NCBI GenBank assembly: GCA_951406725.2
Contig: OX597842.1
Span: 4,340,001-4,404,000 of the forward strand
Direction: 5' to 3'
From: Octopus vulgaris
Taxonomy: Eukaryota
DNA length: 64,000 nucleotides
Shown: in pieces, positions 53,001 through 64,000 of the stretch
Position numbering within the stretch: the first letter of the stretch is position 1
How the letters are laid out: every line of letters starts with the position of its first letter
Position numbers and translations under genes: made by a program
The notes under the pieces: model-generated
Databases searched by the model: none
What the model saw: the letters and a program-made list of their open reading frames with translations, nothing else
What the model was told of the DNA's origin: nothing

Positions 53001-53959
53001 CACGACGCTCTTCGCTGCTGCGACCACTCCAAAAGAAAGTGTAGCCGCCGCCTGTCTCTGTCAGCTGGCCTTTGTCCGCAAGGCGGGTCTCGCTCAGTGC
53101 TGCAATATCGACACTGTATCGGCTCAGTTCTCTGGCCACCAGGGCAGTTCATCTCTCTGGTCTGTCCGCTTTGGTGTTGTCAAGCAGAGTTCTCACGTTC
53201 CAAGTTGCGAAAGTGAGCACCTTTGTTTGTTTTCTTCTTTCTTTGTTTCGACCGCTTGGAAAGGATCCCCGCCAGCCGCGGTTTGCTGACCAGGGTGAGG
53301 TGAGGCAGGCTATGTTTAGGGCAACCTTTTCTAGCCCCGTCCTCATGCTGGGGAGGCGAGCAGAGCGATCCTGAAGAGGGCTGCTCGGTCACTCAGGAGG
53401 CTGCCGGACTCCACTGCTGCCTCAGTTCAGTGAGGGGCGACCACATGTCCTGAGCCGCCTGTGTGTGGGTTCACGACTGCAGCTCCCAGTGTATCCTCAC
53501 CTGCTACTTCGCCGTTTCCCCATCGCCACAGGACTTTGGGATGGTGTCATGGCGTCATGATGTCGTGACATGCGCGTGACTTGGATTATAGTGAGGGTGA
53601 CTTGCGCAGGATCAGCCTCACTCTCTCGTCCTGGTGCGCCGGATCCAGTGGCAAGACAAAGTCAAGACGACTGGGGGTAGACCAAGATGCAGGAGCTGCC
53701 GGAAGGTGGCACGCATGGCGCAATCCAACCGCCTTAGGGGCTCCACTCCGGATTTTGGATGGCCATTGACTCATGAGAGAGTTCCTCTGCCCTTTGACAG
53801 GTTTTGTTTTTAGTCCTGCTGGGTGTCCAAATCACCCTCCTCACCAAGAAATCTTGGTGGGGTTGCCAGTTTAGTCGCCAACGACCCGACCATGTAACAG
53901 GTTGTACTGGGTTACATGTTACCAGTAGCTCCAAGCGGAGACCTGACAAGCGGAGACCT
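50021..53959 (-). mobile_element. Full-length RTE-clade (BovB-like) LINE
   Basis: 10-bp TSD GAACAAACTA (50011-50020, 53960-53969); about 600-bp 5' UTR; APE-RT-C2H2 ORF; 3' end GGTCATCTTCGAACCGAAGGACGAAC. Confidence 0.95.
50060..53346 (-). pseudogene. RTE ORF (AP endonuclease, reverse transcriptase, C-terminal C2H2 finger) with one nonsense codon and three frameshifts/deletions
   Basis: TWNVRTL, ALSETR, SAYAPT, LLGDF, WHLIDY; KAPGSD, NHRGISLL, QCGFR, FVDLTKAFD, GVRQGCVLAP, LFSDD, YLGS; CPTCGRGFLARIGLTSHLRSH. Lesions near 53150 (TGA), 52945, 52520, 50880. Confidence 0.93.
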
Positions 53960-54886
53960 GAACAAACTACACTGTGGTTGATAGCATGAGAGAACGTCTC
54001 ATAGGCTTTTGGTACAAAATGCACTCTTGTTTATATCGCTAGCAATATAAACAAGCCGAAAGCAAATATGGGAGTTTCTCTCATGATATCTACCGCAGTA
54101 TAGTTTGTTCTAACAGAACATTCGTATTTAAGTGGGGATAAATATTATGCTCTGTGTTCAATCCCGCCGGGGACGACTTTGCCTTTCAATTTTTGGAGTC
54201 GCTAAATTAGGGTTAGGGTTAGTACCGGTTGATCACTGGGGTCGATGTAATTCACTTACTCCTTCCTCCGAAATTGCTAACCTTGTACCAAAATTTGAAA
54301 ACTAATATGTATGTTCGTTGGTTTTTTACAAGTTTTGAATATTTGAAGACTTCCTGTAAGCAAGGAGCTGTTTTTCTAACTAACATATGAAGCTTCATCG
54401 TTAGAATATAAATAAAAATAACCATGTCACATTTTGAACTTGGGGAAAGTCTTGCATATTTTTATTGTTCCGCATACAAATTGAATTTGTAATGTGCATT
54501 CTTAGCAATTCGATTTCTCTTTCTGAAAACCCTAGCTTATTCAGATTGCAACTAAGGTACACCAATTATTACTGGTGTAATTGTGAATTGATACTCTGAG
54601 TATAGAAGCTAGCGGTTTCGGGGCAGTTGTCCATAGTTATTCTCTTCCTCTTTGATTTTCACATCGATTGGGGAGCTGACCTTTATGACGATCTCTACAT
54701 TTTCTTGTCTGTTCCAAACAGCGATATCCATGATTTTTTTTATGCTCTAGCCAAGAAGAAAACAGTGCCCATGACCCGTTTCAGAGTTTCAGAGATTTAT
54801 TGGGAGGAATATAATCGCAAACCGGAATCCCGGCTGCTATTTCTAACAGGTCTACCTACCATATAGAAATGTCCCTCTTACATACA

Positions 54887-55272
54887 TCTTATACAGAAAT
54901 GGCAATTTCTGTCTGTCGATTTTTCTGTTACTATCTTGCTGCCTACACCAGTGAACCAATCTTGACGAAACTTTGCATACATGTTAAACTAACATGCAGT
55001 TTAATTATAGGCTACTTGGATTTCAACAAAAATCTATACTGGGGCCCCAAGGAGGGGGTCTATAATATGATAAAATGAGGAGGGTGAAAAGAGAGTTAGT
55101 GCGAAGGAAATATGGTGGCGTAGTGTGTGTGGCTGATATCAGGGAAGATGAGAAAAGCGTTGTATAAGCGACAAATATGGAGTGGCAGTGGGATGGTAAC
55201 GTTGATACAATTTTCATATACACACGATACTGCATACATGTTAGAGTAAATACATAGATACACGCCGGCCCG

Positions 55273-55305
<33 letters not shown>

Positions 55306-56147
55306 GTAACTTTTAAAACACCGAGGAAAGGAAAGAAAGGTGGGTGTGAGGAATATGCAGCTTTAAGGAGAGAGGGGGTAGGTGGCTTTTCTGCTGTCCA
55401 TCGCAAAGAAACACTCATACAGACAAACACACACACATACACGCATATATATATATATATATACATACATGTTTTCTATACACCATTTTAAACTCGTGAT
55501 TACCACCTGTACGTACGTTTGTAAATGTGTGTTGTGTGTGTTTCGGTGTGCGTTTGTGTGAGTGTGTGTATCACGTCCTATAACTGTCTGTCTCTCTACT
55601 TCTCTAGGGTCTTCTCTGTTGCTGTCACATATTGTGAGATTTTAAAATTATGTCCAAATTTTCAAATTTGGTATATTGAAATAATTTTCCGCGTTAAATC
55701 CGATTTTGTTATTTATTTGTTCCAGAAAAACTGCAGGAAAATGTTACTGAGATTTAAAGTTTAATCAAGTTTAGCTAATCAGAAAACAGGATTTGGAAGC
55801 TGGCATTTTCTGCATGATAGCTATCACAAAATGAAAGCAAAATCATAACGAGGAGGAATTTTTATTAAACAAACGAAAGCAAAACATTTCGACGGCCGAA
55901 GTTGTAAGAACTTCTGAAGTTTTAATAAGTTTTATGGAATATAGTCACGTGAAACGGTCGAGCGGATATGTAAATAATTTAAAGAGAAAAGCATCCCCAA
56001 CTAAGTTTTTTCGAAAAGTTGCACAAATCTGTCCCGATCAAGAGGCCTATCTGTCGGGGAAGGCATGGGCTGACATGGAATAAACAAAAATGTATATAAG
56101 ACATTCTATTGTAAAAACTGCCCGGAAACGACGGGCTATTCAGCTAG
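54887..56147 (+). mobile_element. Non-autonomous Helitron-like element
   Basis: 5' TCTTATACAGAAA..CTGTCTGTC..AACCAATCTTGACGAAACTTTG; 3' GCCCGGAAACGACGGGC-TATTCAG-CTAG|T; that both ends belong to one element is inferred. Confidence 0.5.
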
Positions 56148-56415
56148 TATATACATACGTAGGAGAGCAGGATGTTAGTGAGTGAAATTTTGTTGCTATT
56201 TCTAGCATGTGTAACCGCCCTGTAGAGGTCTCGTTGGTTCTTCCATACTACACAGTAGAGTATGATTTCAAGGAGAGTTGGCAGCTATATCTATCTATCA
56301 ATCTATCAGGCCAAGCTATCTTGTCGAGACCTCTCTCATTAGCTCATACATATGGGACGCCATGATAGATCGTTAGCTCCTACATGCATTTTTTTCTCTC
56401 CTTGTTCTCTGTGTA

Positions 56416-56453
56416 TCTTTCTGTCGAAGAGCGTAGGCTCGAAACGTAAAAGA
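56416..56453 (+). ncRNA. Minimal PLE-type hammerhead with CUGUCGA core variant
   Basis: TCTTT-CTGTCGA-A-GAGC-GTAG-GCTC-GAAAC-GTA-AAAGA. Confidence 0.6.
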
Positions 56454-56549
56454 CTTGTTCTATTTCTATTCCTGAGCGCCATACTAATACATTTGTTTGT
56501 TTGTACTCCACCTGCCTTCGTCTATTGTTTATTTTCGTAAACCTTCCCG

Positions 56550-56604
<55 letters not shown>

Positions 56605-56610
<6 letters not shown>

Positions 56611-56764
56611 AAGGAGCTTCTACAGGACTAGAACTGTTTTATTCAGAAGAAATCATCAGGAAGCTAGGTGACAAGAATAGTTTTAAAACTATTCTTGTCA
56701 CCTAGCTTCCTGATGATTTCTTCTGAATGAAACAGTTCTAGTCCTGTAGAAGCTCCTTCTATAA
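56605..56764. repeat. 160-bp near-perfect palindrome
   Basis: Axis TTTT|AAAA at 56684/56685; only mismatch seen is 56640 versus 56729. Confidence 0.92.
56704..56754 (+). ncRNA. Type I hammerhead ribozyme, intact core
   Basis: AGCTTC-CTGATGA-TTTCTTCTGAAT-GAAAC-AGTTCTAGTCCT-GTA-GAAGCT. Confidence 0.75.
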
Positions 56765-56836
56765 AATAAATTAATTTACTCTGCTATGTACTGAGTACCT
56801 TATTTGCTGTGGTTAACCCCGATTCAACCCGGGACC

Positions 56837-56886
<50 letters not shown>

Positions 56887-57633
56887 TATATAAGACAGTT
56901 GGGTGTGATTTGAGGAAACTTTGGCTGCTGTTTCTACCAAGGACAGCTACCATGTAGATGTCTCCCTGATTGGCTCGTACATACATATATACATGCATTA
57001 AGACATTTGCGTGAGATCTGAGGGGGATTTGGCTCGCATTTCTTACAGGTTGAAGCGCCCCGTCTGGGTCCGTCGTGTATGCGTGTATTTTGAGTGGAGG
57101 TAAGAGCATATTGGACAGGTGTCAATGGCGAAGAAGTGACAGGGGGTGACGAAGGGTCGAAACAGGTGTGCAGGTAGATGGGTGCCTGTAAGGGTAAGGA
57201 GCGTGGTGGTATTTACAAATGAATAGATGACGGCGTGGGTGGGGGTTGACGGGAACGTCTGTGTGTCTTATTAAAGGGTAAAGTTAGGGACGAGTAATTA
57301 GCTACCGAAGACACACACACACACACACACTCATATACACACACATACACATGCACACTCATTCGCAAACACACGCATACATGCGTGTGTGTGTGTGTGT
57401 ACAGTGTGTAAAGATGTGTGTGTACGGTAGCTATCAAGATATTTGTATACATGCATACATGCGTGTATATACATGTGTGTATACAGCTTCAAAGATATAT
57501 GTACACATTTACACACACGCATATATCTTGTTTCACTCATCAGACTAAGTCTACCTCCAAGCGTTTTAGTCCAACAAATCGATTCCTGTCTGTCTGTCTG
57601 TCTATTTAACTCTCTCTCTCTCTCTCTCCCTCT

Positions 57634-57671
<38 letters not shown>

Positions 57672-57719
57672 ATATATATATATTCCGAATTTGTGTAAAT
57701 GCGTATAGAATAATATATC

Positions 57720-58176
57720 AGTTGATATATATATATATAATATATATATATATGTACATAATATATAAATATATATATACATATATTATGTATATATATA
57801 TATATATATATATATTATGTATATATATATATACATTATATATATATATATATATACATTATATATATATATATATACATTATATATATATATATACATA
57901 ATATATATATGTATATTATATATATATATGTTATATATATATGTATATTATATATATATATGTTATATATATATGTATATTATATATATATATGTTATAT
58001 ATATATGTATATTATATATATATATGTTATATATATATGTATATTATATATATATATGTTATATATATATGTATATTATATATATATATATGTTATATAT
58101 ATGTATATTATATATATATATTATATATATGTATATTATATATATATGTTATATATATGTATATTATATATATATG

Positions 58177-58218
<42 letters not shown>

Positions 58219-58220
58219 AA
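57720..58220. repeat. AT-rich minisatellite (about 28-30-bp units built on (TA)n)
   Basis: Recurring ATGTATATTATATATATATATGTTATAT. Confidence 0.9.
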
Positions 58221-58808
58221 TCTGTATGTTTATATATTTCTGTCTGTCTGTCTATCTATAGGTCTGTTTAAGTAGCTGTATGTTTGTTTATCTATCTATA
58301 TATCTATCTCTATCAGTCTATCCGTCCATATAAGCACACACACACACACGTCTGCCTGTCTTGATGTCTATCTCTGAGTGTGTGCGTGTTTCCGGCATAA
58401 TATTCTAGCGATCAATTCGCCACTTTGTTATTTATTTTCGACATCATCATCATTATTATTATTATTGTTGTTGTTGTTGTTGTTTTCGTTTTCGTTGTTT
58501 GTTTGTTCGAAATGCAATCAAAACTGTGTTTCGCTCCCCCCCCCCCTGCCCGTCCCAGTGCCCCCCACTGCCTTTCTCGACAACCGCGACCGCCGCACCT
58601 CCGCCCTCCGCTCTGCCCGTCCTTTACAATCTTAATGCCGACCAAAGTTGCTCAAGAAATCCATAAGATTGACTCAGATGAAATAAAGCTGAATTTTATG
58701 AGCAGCGTAGGTGGAAGGGACGGGCAGGTGGGTTGAATTAAACCCAAACAAAAGAACTACATAAACAAACGAATAAAAGATTATTTCCCATACTTTATCG
58801 GAACTTCA

Positions 58809-58861
<53 letters not shown>

Positions 58862-59195
58862 TTGATAATAATAAAAGTCGTACTTAAAGAGAAATAAAAA
58901 TCCAATTTCGCTTTTCTCTTTAAATGATGTGTGTGCATGTGTGTATATATATATGGATACGTGTGTGTGTATACGCATGCATACATACATTATATACACT
59001 CACATACACACACACACATATATACAAGTCAATGTATTTAATCAAAGGGTGTCTGTGTGTGCGTGTGAGTGTCTTTCTTTATACATATATGACGTAATTT
59101 TATGTATATATATGTATATAATTCTCAATATTTATACATATATATATGTATCATACACATATTTATGTATGTATATATTCATATTCGTACCTGCA

Positions 59196-59247
<52 letters not shown>

Positions 59248-59283
59248 CACTCACACAAAACACAGACATATTAACACACTTAG

Positions 59284-59314
<31 letters not shown>

Positions 59315-61103
59315 AACATAGACACACGCACATATACATAGGCGCGAATAAGCACACACATATTGACACCATCAATGGTGGCCATTTAACCCCGGCAAAT
59401 TTCATTTCTCTCCGTTTTGTCTTTAATATTTTAAACATTTTTGTATTTTTCTGTTTCATTTTATTTCGTTTTTTTTTAATTTTATTTTTTTCACTTTTAT
59501 TAACGAGAGAATAAAAATACTTGACGAACGGTGTGTATATAGATGTCATGTATAAAACGTACCATTAAACACACTCTCTCTCTTCTCTCTCTCTCTCTCT
59601 CTCTCTCGAAAAAACACACTTTCCGTCATGTTCAGTAAATGATTGATATATATAAAGAATATTGATAGGAGGTGATGGGCATGGCGTTGGGGTCGAAGAA
59701 GGAGCGTCTTCTGGCGGACATTTTAACATGTACAATAAAAGATTACCTTTGCTCAGATCGGTTCAATCTCAACTCCCTCCTATTTTTTTTACAACCTTTG
59801 CTGCGCTCATTTTTATATTCATGTTTTATATATAAATAAAATTTTCTCCTTTATTTTATTTAATTATTTGCGTATTTTCCACAATTTTTATTAGGCTCAT
59901 GTATTCACCTTCATACATCGGCAAATGTTTACGCATGTATATATACACACATACATACCACATATACGCTCACGTGTATGTACATATACTTGTGTATATA
60001 ATGTTCAAATGTCGTAGATATTAAGATAAATCGCTGGGATTTTATGCGTCACGTGGGAGGTCAGGTGATAATTGCTTATTCTTGTCTGTACAGTGGAACT
60101 TACGTACACGTAAATTGTGAAATCGTGGTTTCGGTTCATAGACCGGGCGGTGCGTTTTGCTATTGAGCAAAACACTTTGTCTCACGTTGCTCTGCGACCA
60201 CTTCGACATTTGATGTGTGGAAAACTTGTACTTGTGCACAAGCAATGTCGATTAGATGGAAGGCGTGCAGCACAAACGTTTGATTACTATGAAGAAATCA
60301 TTTGAGCAACTCATCTGGTGTTTAGGACAGGTGAGTCCGCTATACATACAAGATGATAATATCATGGATCAACAAAACATTGACGGGTATGCGTTTGCAA
60401 TCCAAAAAGAAATATCAACAGTGGTGGCTCGTAGATAGAATTAGTGGGGAATGAGGCTGCTTCAGAAATTTTTTATCCGTTGTTTTAATATTGTGTAAAA
60501 GGAAGCAAACATAGAAAAAGAAAATTTATACATAAACTTGATCGGTTCGCGTTTTAGCCACGGCTGGATAGTCTGTTAAATTTGTTCACTGATCATCGCC
60601 GCGAATTCCCCCTTGTTTTTCAAAAATGCTCCCGAAATCACATAAGGGGGGTTGGAATCTGCCCTAGTTTTCAAATCCTGGCAGCAACACCGAAGAGACA
60701 TTATGTTGTATACAAGATGTTGTATCTGTCGAAAGGATAACACTGAGGCGGAAGAAATAAGAATCCACAGTATGTCAGAGGCCGTATCCACTCATAATAA
60801 GGAGTACTGGTGGAATGTCCCTGGGAAAACCTCAATAAAATGCAAACATAATACACCTGGTATAGTAATTTGGGTCAGTTTAGCTTACAGATTAAATTTT
60901 TTTTTTTTTAACTAAACAGTTTGAAACTTAGTATACTGATGTAATTTCTCACGCTGAACACTGTTTACTTTCAACATTTTTCACAAAATATATATATAAA
61001 CCACTGCTACTGACATTGGAATTGCACTTATTTGATGTTTGAGTCACTGATATTGTAGTCCGTCGTATATGGCGGGATCGATCCCTGCTAGATATCGTCG
61101 TGA

Positions 61104-61232
61104 AAATCCACTCGCAAGGCTTTGGTCAGTGGAAGGCTATAGGAGAAGACACTTGCCCAAGGTGCCATGCAGTAGGATCAAACCTGGAACCATGTGGTTG
61201 GGAAGCAAGCTTCTTACCACACAGCCACGCCT
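61104..61232 (-). mobile_element. SINE family A head
   Basis: Homology to the family. Confidence 0.75.
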
Positions 61233-61483
61233 GTTGTTATGCGTATATCAATCTCTCCCTCTCTCTTTCTTTCTTTCTTTCTCTCTCTCTCACACACACA
61301 CACACATATATTTGTATGCATAACCATAACTCATATATTAGAGTATGTATATCAGTGTGTGTGTGTGTGTATCTAGATTTGTTTTCTCCATTTCTCATGC
61401 ATCAATCTAGCAGACAGAAATCCCCAGAGGGGAAGTCTCAACGGACAGAAATATGGCAGCCATCCGTTCCGTCTAAACCGCAC

Positions 61484-61529
<46 letters not shown>

Positions 61530-61544
<15 letters not shown>

Positions 61545-61636
61545 CACGCACACACATACTAATATTTGTAGGTTTGCTTATATATGTTTATACATATCTG
61601 CGTGTATATATATGTATACACATACTGTCTTGTGTG

Positions 61637-61691
<55 letters not shown>

Positions 61692-61829
61692 TGTGTGTGT
61701 GTGTGTATAAACATGCACACACATGCGCATATGTGTATGTTTGTTTATATATGTGTGTACGTGTATGTATATGTTTCTACATATCTGTGTGTATATATAT
61801 GTATACACATACTGTCTTGTGTGCGTGTG

Positions 61830-61868
<39 letters not shown>

Positions 61869-62035
61869 ATAAACATGCACACACATACGCATATGTGTAT
61901 ATTTGTTTGTATATGTGTGTACGTGTATGTATATGTTTATACATATCTGTGTGTATATATGTATACACATACAGTCTTGTACGTCCGTGTGTCTGTGTCT
62001 GTATATATGTATACACATACAGTCTTGTGTGTGTC
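61530..62035. repeat. Tandem triplication of an about 165-bp microsatellite-containing unit
   Basis: TATACACATAC(T/A)GTCTTGT recurs at about 61615, 61802, 61962 and 62010. Confidence 0.75.
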
Positions 62036-62192
62036 AGTATATCTCTATATATTTTCATGTGGGTGATGGGAATATTTTATATACATATACATGTAGGTAT
62101 GAGTATAGATACTTATAAGGGTACTTATATGCAATCTAAGAGTATGCACATATATACATATAATTTCTGTCCTCTCTCTCTCTATATATATA

Positions 62193-62276
<84 letters not shown>

Positions 62277-62721
62277 CATACATACATACATACATACTTA
62301 CACACGCAATCACACAAGCTCTGCGTAATAGATATGATACACATAAAATATACACTCGTCCCAAGTTGTGACCAATGTTATTAATAACTTGTCTTTTTGC
62401 CGTAACCTCGTCAGCAATTTTCGCACACACACACACACACACACACACACCACCACCACCACCACCACTACCACCACCAATTGCAGAAACATTCCTGTAA
62501 ATATTAGTCTAAAGAAACAAATCTTTCTGCATCATTCTGTCTCACAGTACACACACACACACACATGTGTATGTGTGTGTGTGACATAGAACTTCGTTAA
62601 ACCATGAAATGAGTATCGAGGGAATTACCCCGAAAATACTCACTTCTGGTAAATGCCTCAGACAAACAATTTATCTATTTTTTCACTCCTCCTTCTCTTC
62701 CCCTTTACTTACTATTATTAC

Positions 62722-62774
<53 letters not shown>

Positions 62775-62844
62775 TGTTGTCGTAAACAAACAAGTCACAT
62801 AATATGTCCACAGACTTAAAAGCCAAACGTTGTTTCAAATCTGG

Positions 62845-63150
62845 GAGTCCCACTGCGTGGCACTTTGGGCCAATGTCTTCTACTACAGTCTCAAGCCAAT
62901 CAAAACCGTGTGAGTGAATTTGGAAGACGGAAACTGAAAGAAGCCCATTGTATATGTGTGTGTGTGTCTTTATGTTTGTTTGTCACCACCACCGCTTGAC
63001 AACCGGTGCTGGTGTGTTCCCGTTCCCGTAACATATGTGAGTGTGAGGGACAGCTTTCCTCTATTGCGCTGAAAAATCACTTCACCAAGCTGATGACGCG
63101 TTATCTAGCGGTTCGACAAACACAAATCGATAAAACAAGTACCAGGCTTA
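62845..63150 (+). mobile_element. SINE family A copy with about 70-bp insertion
   Basis: Consensus CCGTAAC|TTAGCGGTTCG split at about 63033-63105. Confidence 0.7.
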
Positions 63151-63234
63151 CGCGCGCACACTGGCCACTGAGTCTTCTATTATGGCCCCGCGCCGAAGCC
63201 TTGTGAATGGACGAAACTATATATATGTCGTTTA

Positions 63235-63460
63235 TCTTTTACTTTTTCTAGACATTGGACCGTGCCCATGCTGGGGCTGTGATCCGAAAGGCTTTGTCCA
63301 ACAAATTGACAGCCATAACTTTTTGAATTTCTGGCGCTTTTTCTATTGGCCTGTTTTTTTATCTCGCTATGTTACGGTGACATAAACAAACCAACACCAG
63401 TTGTCAAGCGGTGGTTGGTCACACACACGTATACACACATATAAGGCGGGCTTCTTTCAG
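63235..63460 (-). mobile_element. SINE family A 3' half (old)
   Basis: Homology to the family tail. Confidence 0.6.
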
Positions 63461-63567
63461 ACAGACAGGCAGACAGACAGATAGATAGATAGATAGATAG
63501 ATAGATACATGATTGATAGACAGAGAGAGAGAGAGAAATTGATAGATGGATGGATAGAGAGATAGAG

Positions 63568-63629
<62 letters not shown>

Positions 63630-63645
63630 GATAGTATAGATAGAC

Positions 63646-63679
<34 letters not shown>

Positions 63680-63916
63680 TGTATATGTGTGTTGGCATCA
63701 TATAAACAAGCTTTACGGGCAAAGAACCGATGCCATTCGCTTACAAATCTTCTTACAAACCATATCACAGGCCAAGAGCAACTATTAACTTGCTCGGAAA
63801 CAGCTGATTGTTGACGATATGAGGGGCATCTGGCCGAAGAAAATCTGCCTGAACTTAATCTGTCTGCCCTCTGCAGGCATACATAAAAAATTTAAATGAC
63901 GACGACGATGATGATA

Positions 63917-63983
<67 letters not shown>

Positions 63984-64000
63984 GAGTACTTAGTGACTTC

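Larger units (their letters stand above)
49972..54148. mobile_element. Palindromic MITE/foldback element (about 230 bp: 49972-50020 plus 53970-54148) split by the RTE insertion
   Basis: ATAATATTTATCCCCACT.. / ..AGTGGGGATAAATATTAT; axis GCTAGC at 54038-54043. Confidence 0.75.

Noticed and set aside
53760-53959. HDV-like ribozyme at the RTE 5' end
   Set aside because: I could not assign P1, P1.1, P3 and J4/2; only the simple pseudoknot is supported.
57900-58200. Regularly spaced units resembling a CRISPR array
   Set aside because: Eukaryotic AT minisatellite without unique spacers or cas genes.
63033-63105. CTGATGA within the insert in a SINE A copy
   Set aside because: Cannot be completed into any hammerhead permutation.

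Overview
This is AT-rich, microsatellite-saturated animal genomic DNA, most consistent with an intronic or intergenic region of a coleoid cephalopod such as Octopus (inferred from the repeat landscape). I recognise no host protein-coding exon; almost all ORFs in the track are (TA)n/(TG)n/(CA)n translation artefacts. Supported content: (1) a full-length, TSD-flanked, GC-rich RTE-clade LINE (50021-53959, minus) nested in a palindromic MITE, itself nested in a SINE; (2) a Penelope-like element (PLE) fragment with RT and GIY-YIG (6905-8672, minus); (3) R4/Dong-like restriction-endonuclease LINE 3' ends in (TAA)n, plus further RTE, mariner/maT and Helitron relics; (4) about 30 copies of three tRNA-derived SINE families, here labelled A, B and C. 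The most striking signal is a population of short non-coding elements, mostly beside (TA)n tracts, that carry minimal type I hammerhead ribozyme motifs from at least six unrelated sequence families. They include head-to-head palindromic double hammerheads, compensatory U3-A8 core variants and a 364-bp retrozyme-like unit with terminal direct repeats. All structures were read by eye; nothing was computed or searched.
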